Of a DNA stretch of 64,000 nucleotides, positions 38,295-49,891 are shown in pieces. How positions within the stretch are numbered: position 1 is the first letter of the stretch; every line of letters starts with the position of its first letter. The stretch lies in assembly GCA_963674785.1 (NCBI GenBank), contig OY771555.1, positions 1,824,001-1,888,000 on the forward strand, given 5' to 3'. The notes below the pieces were generated by a model that was not told where the DNA came from, searched no databases, and worked only from the letters and a program-made list of their open reading frames with translations. The position numbers and the translations under genes were made by a program. Source of the DNA: Caldisericia bacterium (GTDB lineage Bacteria > Caldisericota > Caldisericia > JAAYUI01).

Positions 38295-41200
38295 TTACCA
38301 ACTTGGTATTGATGAGAACTCTACATCAAATGTTGAGTTTTCTTCTGTAACAGTACATCCCTGGCAGAGCAGATAATATGGTCCTTTTTCAGGAATCTTA
38401 AGGAGAATCCTCTCATCAGATGATGGTGATGTTGATGCCCCAATTCTTTCATCCTTATCAATCTTACCATCGTTATTCTTATCCTGGTAAAGGAAGATAT
38501 CCAAATCTAGCGATGCAGTTTTGGACGATGTTTTTATGAGGAAATAATCCAACTCATCAGCAACTGTAAATGGACCAAATGTCCAAGATACACCTTTGAG
38601 TGGATCAGGCTGATCCTGGAATACTGGTTGATCCAGAAATTTATTTGTCGGCAAAATCTCAATATCAACAGAATCAGTAACCTCCCTTACAAAATCATTG
38701 AAAACCACACCAGCCTTCAAATAAAGCTTTTTGATTCCGGGTTTTGGAGGTCCACCCATTCCAGTTTTAAGGATATAATCTTCACCAAAATCAAACATGT
38801 TACCTTCATCCCATCCCCACATCAGATAAACAATTGGGGAGGTAGATTTTGGATTCATATCAAGCTTGAATGATTCACCCGATTTAACTTTGATGATTTC
38901 TTCGGGAAGCCCAAAGTCAAAAGAAAACTCAGGAAATTCGACTCTTGCCTTCAGCGTGATTTCTTTCCAGGAAAGATTAGACCTGTTCGTCAAAACAAAT
39001 TTATCACTTTTACCAAGGTAGAAATCTGAATCCGATGTAATTCCATACTCTGAACTTCCAACAGAAAGCATCGTTTGAGTTTCAGCAACAATATGTTTGT
39101 AATCCTCGACTCCACGATAACCATAGTTCTCAGCAAGGAAGCTGCCCAGCCTGTAACCAAAACTTGAAATTCTGTTTGGTGGTCTCAGATATTCCTTTGT
39201 TTGTGAAACCTCAATCTTGTATCCATCTCCATCATCCATCTCATTCAAGGTTTTGGCTTTCTTAGGGGCAGCTCCTGGAACATAAAGATTAACGCTGCAA
39301 TCTTCACCCTCTTTAACAACAAATCTCGATAAACCAGTTGAACCATAAGGGGATACACAATCGATTATGTAGTATGGCTCATAACCAAGATCAATCATGC
39401 AAACGCCATCAGCATTTGTATAATCCCAATAGCTCAAGCTATTCCTGGCATTCCAGCCAGACCTGACAAGAAGCATTGCCCCTTCAACCGGGTTGCCGTT
39501 TACATCAAAAACATTGAAAGTAACATTTGAGACATCTGTATAACCAGCATCAAGAATAAAGTCCTGTTCTTCATAGTCGCCACCATGGACAGTTGCAGTT
39601 GTTGGGAAGAAATAATCATCTCCACGCCAACCCCAGACTGTGGACACAGTTTTTTTCCAACCAGTTTCGTAAACTCTTGGATTATCAATTGGATTATCAC
39701 CGAAGTTCAAATCAAAATGTGTCCATCCTTGAGGCAACCAAACCTCATTCCATTGGTGATCTTCGCCAGCATTAACGACAATGTAATTTGGAATAAGGAC
39801 GGTTCTTGCGCATGATGCAAAGAGCTGCGACTGTTCACCACAAGAACCATAGTGTTTTTTATAGATATGCCAAGGATAAAGGTCACCTGTCAGATAACCA
39901 AAAATATTATGTGTTTCTTTTCCATGCTTTAGAAGTGAGTGTAAACTGAAAATAGCATCATCGAGAGTTACTTGGTTTTTTGTGGCATCGATGACTGTGT
40001 TTCCAAATGAGTTATCTTCAAACAAACCCTCTCTCCAAAACTCTCTTTTCTCTCCCTCATAAAATGTCTCAGGATCAATAGAATGCTTCCACCAATCCTC
40101 CTGGCTCATTTCTCTTTCTTCATAAGAAATCTCCCACCAGGATGCGTCAACTGCAACAGGGAGTTCATAGAGGGTGCGAGGATGAACAACATACCAATAG
40201 TAATCTTCTTTTGGTAGAACTACCTCACCTTTGTTTGTGTGGTAGACACATTTTGTGTAATCGAGTTCATCAATAAGCTCAACGTAGTCGAGTTCGGTAT
40301 CGGCTTTGTAAACCATCTGAGCATTTCGTTTAAAGATATCAGCTTGTCCCATTCTCGCCATGGTTCTGAGGATCTCTGATGATGTGTGGGCAACACAAAA
40401 TGCTGTCTCATCGATTATCTGTTTTGGGCACGACATTAGCAAATCAACATATTTTTTTACTGACTCAATATCGTCATTCCATTTGAAAAGCGGGGCGTCG
40501 CGGTAGTATCTTTTGTAATAATCCTGAATTTCATAATAGGGGTACCCTGGAGTAAACGACCAGGAGTTATATTCCTGCCAGCCATCGGGTGTTGCTTTGT
40601 AAGTGAATGTCTCACCAAAAACATTCGTTATGACCAAATCATCTCTGCCATCGCCATCAAAATCTGTGAAACTTGGATACGAAAAATCACCCACATCAAT
40701 TGTGCTCAGGATATCAGCTTTATGCCAATCTGGAGCAAGGAAAACCTGGAGAGTTCCCTCATCAGAACCAAGGATGATGTCGTTTTTCTCATCACCATTT
40801 GCATCACCGATAGCTGGATAAAAAAGCTTTCCTTCAAGCTCAGGAATCTCTATCGCCATCTCTTCAAAAGAACTTCCTTCGAAAACTGAAACCCCACCAT
40901 TTTGAATAGTTATAAACTCTGGTATATTGTCTGCAGTGATGTCACCAACTGCAATTGTTGTTTCTGTCCAAAGATTGAGTTTTTCTTTTTTGTTCCAGTT
41001 TGGCCCATATGCAACAAAAACGCCGTCTAAATCTGACCAAACTAAATCAGCAACATTATCTAGGGAGAAATCGATCATCTGTGGGCAGACTTTATTGCCA
41101 AACTCGAGGTCGAGTTTTTCATACACGTTAATAAAACTCCCATGTTCATTCTTTTCAAGAATCTGAATCCCACTATCAAATGTTCCCACATAAAGTTTGT

Positions 41201-42068
41201 CATCGTGGAAGGTAAGGTGAGATTCTCCATCAAAGTTGGGAACAATTGTCATTGAATCAGATTTGAAAATCTGAGGTTTATCATCAATTACTCTGAAATA
41301 TCTTATGTCTGACTCTGCATCAACAAACAGAAGACCTTTTGATGAAAGAGAAGCAAAACAGTTCGGATAATCATAAATAAACTCAGATTTATCAATCGCT
41401 TTAATCTCATCATCGTCATTTAAAAATGAAATTCCTGAAACCATTGGAGAAATTTCATATGTATCAGAGAGCTTTGGGTTAGTAAGTGGATAAAGCTGTT
41501 TTCTTCCCCATTCACTCTTGATTCCATCTCCCTCGTTTGAAATCGCAAACGAAGGGCCAGATAACCAATACCATCCACCACTTTCAGGACAAACGATAAG
41601 GTCTGAAAAGTTATCATAATTCAAATCAGCAAACGAGAGTTTTGCATTTTTATCGATATTTTTTGGGAGAATGTCAAGTTTATCCGTTGTATTAAGATCA
41701 ATGATTATTGGATGGTCATCAAAACCTGAAATAATCATCGCTTCCATATCTTCTGGAAGAAGAGTGAAAGCCTGTACATAGGCACCTTCAGGTAATCTTT
41801 CTGCGGATTTTGAAAGGCTTTTGAGATTGAGGTATAGATCAGTTCTCAGCCATTCAGGAATTTTGGTCATAAGCTGATCGAATCCCTGAATATTATTATC
41901 AGTGTTGAAAATACCATTTTCAAATGATACTTCAACACTTTCACCTGGAGGTATCAAAACAGTAATTTCTGTTTCATACCAGTTCTCCTCAGAGGAGAAG
42001 GAGGTAACGGGCAGAACTGTGAAGAGGAAAACAAAAAGTGTAGAAAACACAAGCAATTTCTTTATCAT
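38295..42068 (-). CDS. secreted transglutaminase-like protein with FG-GAP/VCBS repeats
   Basis: Signal peptide; GDANGDEKND and DFDGDGRDD repeats; GSCGE...DHQWNE...WTHFD Cys-His-Asp triad. Confidence 0.75.
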   Translation of the reverse strand: MIKKLLVFSTLFVFLFTVLPVTSFSSEENWYETEITVLIPPGESVEVSFENGIFNTDNNIQGFDQLMTKIPEWLRTDLYLNLKSLSKSAERLPEGAYVQAFTLLPEDMEAMIISGFDDHPIIIDLNTTDKLDILPKNIDKNAKLSFADLNYDNFSDLIVCPESGGWYWLSGPSFAISNEGDGIKSEWGRKQLYPLTNPKLSDTYEISPMVSGISFLNDDDEIKAIDKSEFIYDYPNCFASLSSKGLLFVDAESDIRYFRVIDDKPQIFKSDSMTIVPNFDGESHLTFHDDKLYVGTFDSGIQILEKNEHGSFINVYEKLDLEFGNKVCPQMIDFSLDNVADLVWSDLDGVFVAYGPNWNKKEKLNLWTETTIAVGDITADNIPEFITIQNGGVSVFEGSSFEEMAIEIPELEGKLFYPAIGDANGDEKNDIILGSDEGTLQVFLAPDWHKADILSTIDVGDFSYPSFTDFDGDGRDDLVITNVFGETFTYKATPDGWQEYNSWSFTPGYPYYEIQDYYKRYYRDAPLFKWNDDIESVKKYVDLLMSCPKQIIDETAFCVAHTSSEILRTMARMGQADIFKRNAQMVYKADTELDYVELIDELDYTKCVYHTNKGEVVLPKEDYYWYVVHPRTLYELPVAVDASWWEISYEEREMSQEDWWKHSIDPETFYEGEKREFWREGLFEDNSFGNTVIDATKNQVTLDDAIFSLHSLLKHGKETHNIFGYLTGDLYPWHIYKKHYGSCGEQSQLFASCARTVLIPNYIVVNAGEDHQWNEVWLPQGWTHFDLNFGDNPIDNPRVYETGWKKTVSTVWGWRGDDYFFPTTATVHGGDYEEQDFILDAGYTDVSNVTFNVFDVNGNPVEGAMLLVRSGWNARNSLSYWDYTNADGVCMIDLGYEPYYIIDCVSPYGSTGLSRFVVKEGEDCSVNLYVPGAAPKKAKTLNEMDDGDGYKIEVSQTKEYLRPPNRISSFGYRLGSFLAENYGYRGVEDYKHIVAETQTMLSVGSSEYGITSDSDFYLGKSDKFVLTNRSNLSWKEITLKARVEFPEFSFDFGLPEEIIKVKSGESFKLDMNPKSTSPIVYLMWGWDEGNMFDFGEDYILKTGMGGPPKPGIKKLYLKAGVVFNDFVREVTDSVDIEILPTNKFLDQPVFQDQPDPLKGVSWTFGPFTVADELDYFLIKTSSKTASLDLDIFLYQDKNNDGKIDKDERIGASTSPSSDERILLKIPEKGPYYLLCQGCTVTEENSTFDVEFSSIPSW

Positions 42069-43225
42069 ATCAACAAACTCCTTCTATTAAAAATAGCAAC
42101 CAAAATGATCGCAAGAGAAACAATAGCTGCGAAAATCATCACATATGTCCAAGACGAACTTATATCATAAACAAATCCAGCAACTGGGGGTGCCAGGAGC
42201 ATCCCAATTGTACCAAACATATTTATTTTTCCAACAGCATAACCTGAGTTTTGCCGACTCTCAAACTTTGATGGAGTAGAAAAAACGATCGGAGGAATAA
42301 TTGATGCGAAGATTCCAAGAGTAATCGCAGCAATTATCCAAATGATTCCATTGATAGACATCAAAAGAAGAGAAATCGAGATAATAATGGATGAAAGAAT
42401 CATAAGCCAAAACCTTGATACCTTTTTGTCCATTATCTCACCAACAACAGGAGATATAAAAAGTGGTGGGATCATCAAAAAAGCTGAACCAAAAACTGAT
42501 AAATACAATGGGATCCCGTGACTTTTTCCTATAACTGTTCCTAGATACAAAAAAACTGCAGTTGATCCTGAAAAAAGCATCCAAGCAGTTGCCATGGAAT
42601 TGGTGATTGGCTTAAGTTTTGATGCTGAATATGTTTTCGGTTTTGATGTGTCCACATCAAACTCTTTATTCACGACCACTGATAAAACTATACCGATTAT
42701 GGAAAACAAAATGCATGGGATATAGACAAAGGTGTAACCAAAGTTAGTGCCTAGCCATGCACCAGAAAAAAGCATAATTATTGCACCAATCGGTGCACCG
42801 AGTGTTTGAATGGTCATCATTCGATTTTGAATTTCTTTTGGATAAACCATCTGTGGGAGTTTGAATGCAATCACAAGAAGGGGGGCAAACGCAACACCAG
42901 CAAGCAGCCTCAAAATCAAAATGGTGTAGAAACCATGTGCAAAAAGTCCAACAAAAGAAAGTGAGAAAACAAAAATAAATGCGTAGAGAGAAACCAAAAC
43001 AGGATTGTTCCTATCCAAAAATCTCCCAGAAATCGAGCTCAGAAGAATAATAAAGAATGATGGTGAAGAAACGAGTACAGTGGCCAAAAAACTGGAAATT
43101 CCATTTGCAAGTTTTAGTTGATCAAGTACAGCTGAAAATGAAACCTGGAAAGCCATAACACAGATTGAAGCAGTAAGAGTAAGCATCAAAACAGTTTTGT
43201 AAGATTTCCTGCCTTCAATATCCAT
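42065..43225 (-). CDS. MFS transporter
   Basis: About 12 TM segments, GRFLDR motif A, LRLLAG. Confidence 0.85.
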   Translation of the reverse strand: MDIEGRKSYKTVLMLTLTASICVMAFQVSFSAVLDQLKLANGISSFLATVLVSSPSFFIILLSSISGRFLDRNNPVLVSLYAFIFVFSLSFVGLFAHGFYTILILRLLAGVAFAPLLVIAFKLPQMVYPKEIQNRMMTIQTLGAPIGAIIMLFSGAWLGTNFGYTFVYIPCILFSIIGIVLSVVVNKEFDVDTSKPKTYSASKLKPITNSMATAWMLFSGSTAVFLYLGTVIGKSHGIPLYLSVFGSAFLMIPPLFISPVVGEIMDKKVSRFWLMILSSIIISISLLLMSINGIIWIIAAITLGIFASIIPPIVFSTPSKFESRQNSGYAVGKINMFGTIGMLLAPPVAGFVYDISSSWTYVMIFAAIVSLAIILVAIFNRRSLLI

Positions 43226-43377
43226 AGGCTCATTTTACCCTACTATTTTGATTAAACAATATACTCATCAGAAATCTCACATCAGATCAGAATGCAAAAA
43301 AGTGTGCCACAAGTTGACAATTATTGACAGTATCATAAACTAATATTGAAATTGAATTGATTATTCATGGAGGCGAA

Positions 43378-44211
43378 ATGGCCCTAGTAGGCGATATAAA
43401 ATCATTCAAATTGAACTCACTTTTTCAGCTTATAACAATGGAAGGTAAGTCTGGTGTTCTCACGATTGATGAGGGTATGAGACAGGCAAAGTGTTACTTC
43501 CAAACTGGAAAATTGTATCATTGTTCATTATCAAAATTAACTGGAGCTTCCGCTTTTTTTGAGCTTCTAACGTGGGAAGAGGGCGAGTTTTCATTTAATG
43601 ATCGTGGGCGAATCGACCTCAGATCGGTTTATGAGCCAATTGACTCATTACTTATACAAGGCTCAAAACAACTCGAAGAATGGCAAGTAATAAAAACTCA
43701 GGGGCCTTTCCCTGACGAGGTTTTTGAAGTTTCGGATAATGCACCTGATTCAATGACAGAATTCACAATGAACCCAGACTACTGGAAAGTTTTAAGGTTG
43801 ATTGACGGAAAACTTACCTGTAATCAGATCGCCGAAAAATCAGGTCTTGGTTATCTCGCATCTTATCGGATAATTTTTGACATGAAATCTGCTGGTTTGA
43901 TTCGCTCTCTTGAATATAAACTTCTTGACATGACACTCATCCCAGTTCCATCCCGAGGCAGAAGTCTTTTTGTGCCAAGAGGGTCAATTGGAAACACTGC
44001 AATCGGTGTTGAAACCGCGATGCAGGATCTTGTGTATAGAAAAATTGATAGCAGGAGAAATCTTGGCAGAATTGCAGGACTTCTGAAGCTTGATCAAAAA
44101 AGAATTTCAATGGTTATAACACAGCTTTCGAGACAGGGACTTATTTCGCTTGTTGACAAAAATGGTTCCATGGTATCAATTGACAAAGCAGGTGTTGGCG
44201 AGAGGGTTTAG
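43378..44211 (+). CDS. DUF4388 (PATAN-like) domain protein
   Basis: LVGDIKSFKLNSLFQLI..EGKSGVL...LTWEEGEFSF; two IDG/IDS..IA wHTH-like segments; GGAGG SD before ATG 43378. Confidence 0.75.
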   Translation: MALVGDIKSFKLNSLFQLITMEGKSGVLTIDEGMRQAKCYFQTGKLYHCSLSKLTGASAFFELLTWEEGEFSFNDRGRIDLRSVYEPIDSLLIQGSKQLEEWQVIKTQGPFPDEVFEVSDNAPDSMTEFTMNPDYWKVLRLIDGKLTCNQIAEKSGLGYLASYRIIFDMKSAGLIRSLEYKLLDMTLIPVPSRGRSLFVPRGSIGNTAIGVETAMQDLVYRKIDSRRNLGRIAGLLKLDQKRISMVITQLSRQGLISLVDKNGSMVSIDKAGVGERV

Positions 44212-44213
44212 TT

Positions 44214-44837
44214 ATGTCATTTTTTAGCAACATGACTGGATGGATTCTCGTCATTAGTGGATCCATACTAGTTATCCCTGTTATTACGACAATTACTAGG
44301 TTCTATTACACCCACAGTTTCAGAAACCTTGCTTGGACATTATCTTTTTTTACATTGCTTTCTGGAATGTTTTTTCTTGGAATTTCAATAATCCTGAATA
44401 ATCCACAGTTTTTACTAATTTCATCCATATTCATTTTCTTCTTTGTTTTCTCTGTGCTGTGGACATTATTTATTGGTTACAACCTATGGTATAATGAACA
44501 GAGAGCTTTTAGCCTTGTTCTAGCAATATTGCCATGGGTGTTTATTGTTGTTGTTAATCCACTGGTTGGATTACCTCATTTTCATATCAATTTCCATATA
44601 TGGTCCGCAATTGCTCTGACAATACTCTTTTGCACCTGGTTTTTCAGTTTCATTTCATCAAGACTGAAAAAACTTGATATGAGAATGTCTATTTCGACGT
44701 TTTTTATGGCGATCGCCTCATGGATACTCGTTTTTGATAAAACTCCTGAGGGGATGTTTTTAATTTCTATACTATTCCTTTTTGGAATAATTTTAATGAC
44801 TTACACATGGGTGAACTATGGACAAAAAACAGATTGA
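44214..44837 (+). CDS. multi-pass membrane protein of unknown function
   Basis: About 7 hydrophobic segments; tightly packed in the operon. Confidence 0.7.
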   Translation: MSFFSNMTGWILVISGSILVIPVITTITRFYYTHSFRNLAWTLSFFTLLSGMFFLGISIILNNPQFLLISSIFIFFFVFSVLWTLFIGYNLWYNEQRAFSLVLAILPWVFIVVVNPLVGLPHFHINFHIWSAIALTILFCTWFFSFISSRLKKLDMRMSISTFFMAIASWILVFDKTPEGMFLISILFLFGIILMTYTWVNYGQKTD

Positions 44838-46026
44838 AGAACTTGAAGAACTGAAATACGGTTGCGAAGAAATTATTCCAGCAAATGGAATCGAAGAAAA
44901 GCTAAAGCTTGGAAGACCCTTGATAATCAAGCTTGGAGCCGATCCGACTGCTCCGCACTTGCATCTTGGACACGCTGTTGTTTTAAAAAAACTTAGACAG
45001 TTTCAAAAGTATGGACACAGGGTAATTTTTGTTGTTGGTGATTATACTGCAATGATTGGTGACCCATCAGGAAGAAGCGAAACAAGAAAACCTCTCACAG
45101 AAGAAGAGGTAAAAAACAGTGCGAGAACATACCTTGATCAGGTTATCAGGATTCTTGAACCACAAGAGGGAATGATAAGGTTTAACAGTGAATGGTGTGG
45201 CGAACTTGGGGCAAAAGAAATCATCAAGCTCATGGCAAAATTCACCGTCGCAAGAATTCTTGAAAGAGATGATTTCACAAAAAGAATGAAGGCTGAGGCT
45301 CCAGTTTACCTTCACGAACTTCTATATGTTGTTGCACAGGCTTTTGATTCTGTTGCAATAAAAGCTGATATCGAAATCGGTGGAACAGACCAGAAATTCA
45401 ATTTCCTCGCCGCAAGAGATCTTCAGCGAGAAATGGGTCTAGAACCACAAACAATCATCACAATGCCAATCCTTCCAGGGCTCGATGGTAAAATAAAAAT
45501 GAGTAAATCAATTGGCAATACCGTCGATTTGCTCGACAAACCAAATGATATGTTTGGTAAACTGATGAGCATCCCAGATGATATGATTTTGACATATCTC
45601 AAATACACCGCTGATGTCAGCAAAAGTGAACTTGACGAATTCAAGGCAAAACTTGACTCTGGCACAAACCCACGTGATGTAAAACTGGAACTTGCCAAGA
45701 GAGTAACAGACCTTTGGCACAAAGAGGGTAGTGGAGAAGCAGCAAAACAAGAGTTCCTCAATGTATTCTCAAAAGGCAACCTGCCTGAGGACATCCCCGA
45801 AAAAAGCTCCTCAGATATGACATTCCCAATAAATCTTGCACAGTTAATTGTTGATCTTGAAATGAGTCCTTCAAAGTCTGAAGCTCGAAGACTCATTAAA
45901 TCAGGTGCTGTAAAGATTGATGATGAGCAGATCGGTGATATTAACTTTGATGTTGAAAAACCAAAAACATCAATCTTGATAAAAGTTGGAAAAAGGAGAT
46001 TTTTGAGACTTCTGGGGGATAGCTAA
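44818..46026 (+). CDS. tyrS: tyrosine--tRNA ligase
   Basis: GADPTAPHLHLGH, IGDPSGRS, GGTDQ.FN, KMSKS, S4 C-terminus. Confidence 0.97.
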   Translation: MDKKQIEELEELKYGCEEIIPANGIEEKLKLGRPLIIKLGADPTAPHLHLGHAVVLKKLRQFQKYGHRVIFVVGDYTAMIGDPSGRSETRKPLTEEEVKNSARTYLDQVIRILEPQEGMIRFNSEWCGELGAKEIIKLMAKFTVARILERDDFTKRMKAEAPVYLHELLYVVAQAFDSVAIKADIEIGGTDQKFNFLAARDLQREMGLEPQTIITMPILPGLDGKIKMSKSIGNTVDLLDKPNDMFGKLMSIPDDMILTYLKYTADVSKSELDEFKAKLDSGTNPRDVKLELAKRVTDLWHKEGSGEAAKQEFLNVFSKGNLPEDIPEKSSSDMTFPINLAQLIVDLEMSPSKSEARRLIKSGAVKIDDEQIGDINFDVEKPKTSILIKVGKRRFLRLLGDS

Positions 46027-47354
46027 TGAAAAAAATTACCGGCTTCATAAGCATTGTTCTTCTAATTTCTATCGCTCTCACTACTGTTTCTTTTGCAGCC
46101 CCAACACTTGAAGTCTCTGAATTTATAACGAAAACCTGGCCTGATGCCTCAGTAGACTGTATTATTACCGATTTTACAGAGGATTACGACCCTGATTTTT
46201 CATTGATTATCGATAATCAAGAACATATCCCCATCAAGACGGACAGGATTGAGAATAACGGAATCCCCTTAAACATTCTGTTCCTTGTCGATATTTCCGC
46301 GAGCATGGAAAAAACCTTTGACACATACAAAAAATATATGTCAGAGATTGCAGGTGAATTTAGAAGCAACGACACATTCTCGATGATCACATTTGCAAAT
46401 GAGATAAAAACAGAAATCCTTTTCAGTGATAATCCGGCTGAAGCAGGCTTAAAAATGGGTGAACAGGTAGCCAGAGGTTCTATTACCAAGCTTTATGATG
46501 CCCTCATAGAGGGTAATGACCTTCTTAAGAAGAATAATAAGGCTGGTGTAATATTTCTTTTTTCTGATGGTTATGATGATGGAAGCATACAAGCTGACCC
46601 ACCATTAATCGATTTTCCAGTTGTTCCAATTGTAAAACCCGGAAGAGGAATAAATGATGATCTGTTGGCGTCTCTTTCCAAAGAGACTGATGGTTTCTTC
46701 ATGAGGAATTACAATATCGAAGGGATTATCCCACACATCATCAAATGGAAGAAGATTTCTGGAACAGGATACAGGGTTTCATTCTCAGGTCTTCCAGAAT
46801 TTGAACCACCTGTCGAAAAAGACATTGTTCTCAAAGCAAAAATTGGCAACGAACTTGATCTTCAATACACACATAAATTGGTGATTGAAAAACCTAAAAG
46901 TCCCATATGGTTATGGATTCTCTTGATCATTGCGGGAATTGCGATAATTGCCCTTCTGGTTCTGAGAGCACTAAGACTCAGAGTTCCAAAGGGAAAGATA
47001 AAAAAGCAGAAAAGGGTTAAGGGTAATATTCACTACATTGCCTGGCTGAAAATTATTGGCTCAGATGACGACCAGTTGCGAATCAGAAAAAAAGTTTTGA
47101 CAATCGGCTCAAATCCCGAATCAACCATTCATCTTGATGATCCAACTGTTTCACCGTTACATGCCAAAATAACTGAAACCACCGAAGGTTATGTTATTTC
47201 AGACGAGAACTCTGCAAGTGGTATTTTTATTAATGAAGAAAGTATTATTGGAAAACAAGTTCTAAAAAACGGAGACAAGATAAGAGTTGGAAAATCTGTA
47301 ATTGAGTTTACACAGAGTGATTTCACATACGTTTCCGACAGAAAGGTAATATAA
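46026..47354 (+). CDS. VWA-TM-FHA membrane protein
   Basis: Signal peptide; DISAS MIDAS, FSDG; TM helix; C-terminal FHA-like TIGS...VSPLHA...L.NGD.I. Confidence 0.8.
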   Translation: MKKITGFISIVLLISIALTTVSFAAPTLEVSEFITKTWPDASVDCIITDFTEDYDPDFSLIIDNQEHIPIKTDRIENNGIPLNILFLVDISASMEKTFDTYKKYMSEIAGEFRSNDTFSMITFANEIKTEILFSDNPAEAGLKMGEQVARGSITKLYDALIEGNDLLKKNNKAGVIFLFSDGYDDGSIQADPPLIDFPVVPIVKPGRGINDDLLASLSKETDGFFMRNYNIEGIIPHIIKWKKISGTGYRVSFSGLPEFEPPVEKDIVLKAKIGNELDLQYTHKLVIEKPKSPIWLWILLIIAGIAIIALLVLRALRLRVPKGKIKKQKRVKGNIHYIAWLKIIGSDDDQLRIRKKVLTIGSNPESTIHLDDPTVSPLHAKITETTEGYVISDENSASGIFINEESIIGKQVLKNGDKIRVGKSVIEFTQSDFTYVSDRKVI

Positions 47355-47359
47355 ACATC

Positions 47360-49060
47360 ATGGGTAACTACAACATCTCATACGAAAATGACGCCCCAAA
47401 AGAACAGATTAAGGCAAGAAGAGGAACTGAGCTTGTCTGCAAGGGATGGCTTCAGGAAGCTGCACTCAGAATGCTTCAAAACAATCTCGAGCAAACAAAC
47501 AAATGGAAAGAGCTTATCGTTTATGGTGGCACAGGAAGAGCCGCAAGAGGATGGGATTCCTACAGTGCAATTGAAAAATCTCTCATGAATCTTGAAAATG
47601 ATGAAACACTTCTTGTCCAATCAGGAAAACCTGTCGGAATCATGAAGACTCACGAAGATGCTCCAAGGATTCTTATTGCCAACTCAATGATCGTTCCATT
47701 CTGGTCAAACCAGGAATACTTTGACGACTTGGAGCGCAAAGGTCTTATGATGTATGGGCAGATGACTGCCGGCTCATGGATTTACATTGGTACACAGGGA
47801 ATCCTTCAGGGAACCTACAATACTCTCGCCGTGCTTGCAGAAAAACATTTTGATGGAAGCCTTAAAGGCACAATCACACTCACAGGTGGATGCGGACAGA
47901 TGGGTGGAGCACAACCACTTGCTGTCACAATGAATGGTGGTGTTTGCCTTATTGTTGATATAGATGAGGTCATGATTGATGAACGTATCTCAGAAGGTTA
48001 TCTCGACAAAAAAACCCACAATATTGACGAAGCGATTAAATGGACACTTGAAGCCAAAGAAAAAGGTGAGGCTTTATCAGTTGGTTTGGTTGCAAATTGT
48101 GCTGATGCCCTTCCTGAATTACTTAAGCGTGATTACATCCCTGATGTCCTTACCGACCAAACATCGGCACATGACATGCTTGGCGGATATGTTCCAAATG
48201 GAATGACGTATGAAGCAGCTCTCAATCTCAGAAAAACTGATCCAAAAAAATATCTGAAAGAATCTTTCAGAACGGTCAAAGAACATGTCGAAGCGATGCT
48301 CGAACTTAAAAAACGTGGGGCAATAACCTTTGATTACGGTAATAACATCAGACAGCAAGCAGTACAAGAGGGGCTCAATAGAGATGATGCATTCTCATTC
48401 CCAGGATTTGTACCAGAATATATAAGACCACTTTTCTGCGAAGGAAAAGGACCATTCAGATGGGCAGCACTCTCTGGTGACCCAAATGATATCTATGTGA
48501 CTGACCAGCTCATTAGGGAGATGTATCCAGATGATACAGCTCTTATCAGATGGATCGACATGGCATCAGAAAAGCTTAAGTTTGAAAATATCCCGGGTCT
48601 ACCATCAAGAATCTGCTGGCTTGGATATGGAGAAAGAGACAGATTTGCTCTTGCAGTAAATAAGCTTGTTAGAGAGGGCAAAATTTCTGCACCAATCGTT
48701 TTTGGTCGTGACCATCTTGATTGTGGTTCTGTTGCATCACCAAACAGAGAAACAGAATCAATGAAGGACGGCTCTGATGCTGTGGCCGATTGGCCAATTC
48801 TTAATGCACTTCTCAGCACTGCATCAGGTGCATCATGGGTTTCTGTACACAATGGTGGAGGTGTTGGAATTGGATACTCACTTCACACAGGTCAGGTGCT
48901 TGTAGCAGATGGGACAGAGGCAGCTGATAAGAGAATCAGCAGGGTGCTTCTTAATGACCCGGGAATGGGAATCATAAGGCATGTTGACGCAGGATACGAA
49001 GAAGCTGAAAAATGTGCAAAAGAAAAGGGTGTCAGGATTCCGCTCTGGGAAAACAAATGA
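47360..49060 (+). CDS. hutU: urocanate hydratase
   Basis: [45 protein letters not shown]. Confidence 0.97.
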   Translation: MGNYNISYENDAPKEQIKARRGTELVCKGWLQEAALRMLQNNLEQTNKWKELIVYGGTGRAARGWDSYSAIEKSLMNLENDETLLVQSGKPVGIMKTHEDAPRILIANSMIVPFWSNQEYFDDLERKGLMMYGQMTAGSWIYIGTQGILQGTYNTLAVLAEKHFDGSLKGTITLTGGCGQMGGAQPLAVTMNGGVCLIVDIDEVMIDERISEGYLDKKTHNIDEAIKWTLEAKEKGEALSVGLVANCADALPELLKRDYIPDVLTDQTSAHDMLGGYVPNGMTYEAALNLRKTDPKKYLKESFRTVKEHVEAMLELKKRGAITFDYGNNIRQQAVQEGLNRDDAFSFPGFVPEYIRPLFCEGKGPFRWAALSGDPNDIYVTDQLIREMYPDDTALIRWIDMASEKLKFENIPGLPSRICWLGYGERDRFALAVNKLVREGKISAPIVFGRDHLDCGSVASPNRETESMKDGSDAVADWPILNALLSTASGASWVSVHNGGGVGIGYSLHTGQVLVADGTEAADKRISRVLLNDPGMGIIRHVDAGYEEAEKCAKEKGVRIPLWENK

Positions 49061-49887
49061 GAGAAATTCTCGACAAATTCATAGAATTACTCAACAAACA
49101 TAACGTACCTGAAATCTCGGAATTATTCGATTCCGAGATTTCTTTTATGGATATGAATGGTTACTCAACCTCAAGCCGAGATGAAGTCTCCCTTGGTGTA
49201 GCTGAGTACTTCAAAATGTTCCCAGATTACAATGTTCAGGTGTTAGACATTGAAGAGATGATGGGCTCATTCAAAGTAATCGTTCAAACATACGGAACAC
49301 TATCTGATGAAAACAGAGAACAGATAAAACAAGCATACGGAAAAGTTCCAACTCCTGAAGAACTCCACCCACCACAGCTTTGGAAGATTGGCTTTCACGA
49401 AGAAAAAATCTCCATGTGGATGATGGAGTCAATTATTGATTCCAAAGACCCAAAACATGTAGCACTTTCATTTGTCTGGGCAATCAACACCGGAAAAGCA
49501 GAAAACGTAATATCAAGAATGGCCAACACTCTGATTCAAGATGTAATGGGAGCTTCCGAAACCAGAAAAAAGGAAGATTGGTTGAAGGCATGGGAAGGAT
49601 ACTATAAGCTTTTCCCTGACTATAAAGTTTTCCCAGAAAATATCCATATGCGCGGAAATGAAGTTATCATGCTTGGATATTCTGATGGCACCATGTCAGA
49701 TTTTGCAAAAGAAACTCTAAAACATGAAGATGGGACACCAAAAACAAAAGAAGAACTCCAAGGTTCTGCCATTTGGAGAGCAGTGGTAGAAGATGGCAAG
49801 GTTAGCCAGTGGCACGTCTACTACTATAATCAAGCATCAATCGATGAACTTGAATTGGCTGATTACGGTTACAAACCAAGATATTAA
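49057..49887 (+). CDS. tandem SnoaL/NTF2-like domain protein
   Basis: Two similar halves ([14 protein letters not shown] / [14 protein letters not shown]); ATGA overlap with hutU. Confidence 0.7.
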   Translation: MREILDKFIELLNKHNVPEISELFDSEISFMDMNGYSTSSRDEVSLGVAEYFKMFPDYNVQVLDIEEMMGSFKVIVQTYGTLSDENREQIKQAYGKVPTPEELHPPQLWKIGFHEEKISMWMMESIIDSKDPKHVALSFVWAINTGKAENVISRMANTLIQDVMGASETRKKEDWLKAWEGYYKLFPDYKVFPENIHMRGNEVIMLGYSDGTMSDFAKETLKHEDGTPKTKEELQGSAIWRAVVEDGKVSQWHVYYYNQASIDELELADYGYKPRY

Positions 49888-49891
49888 GCTG

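Noticed and set aside
43293-43309. sigma54-like site on the minus strand (TGGCACACTTTTTTGCA)
   Set aside because: Spacing is GG-N11-GC, one base too long
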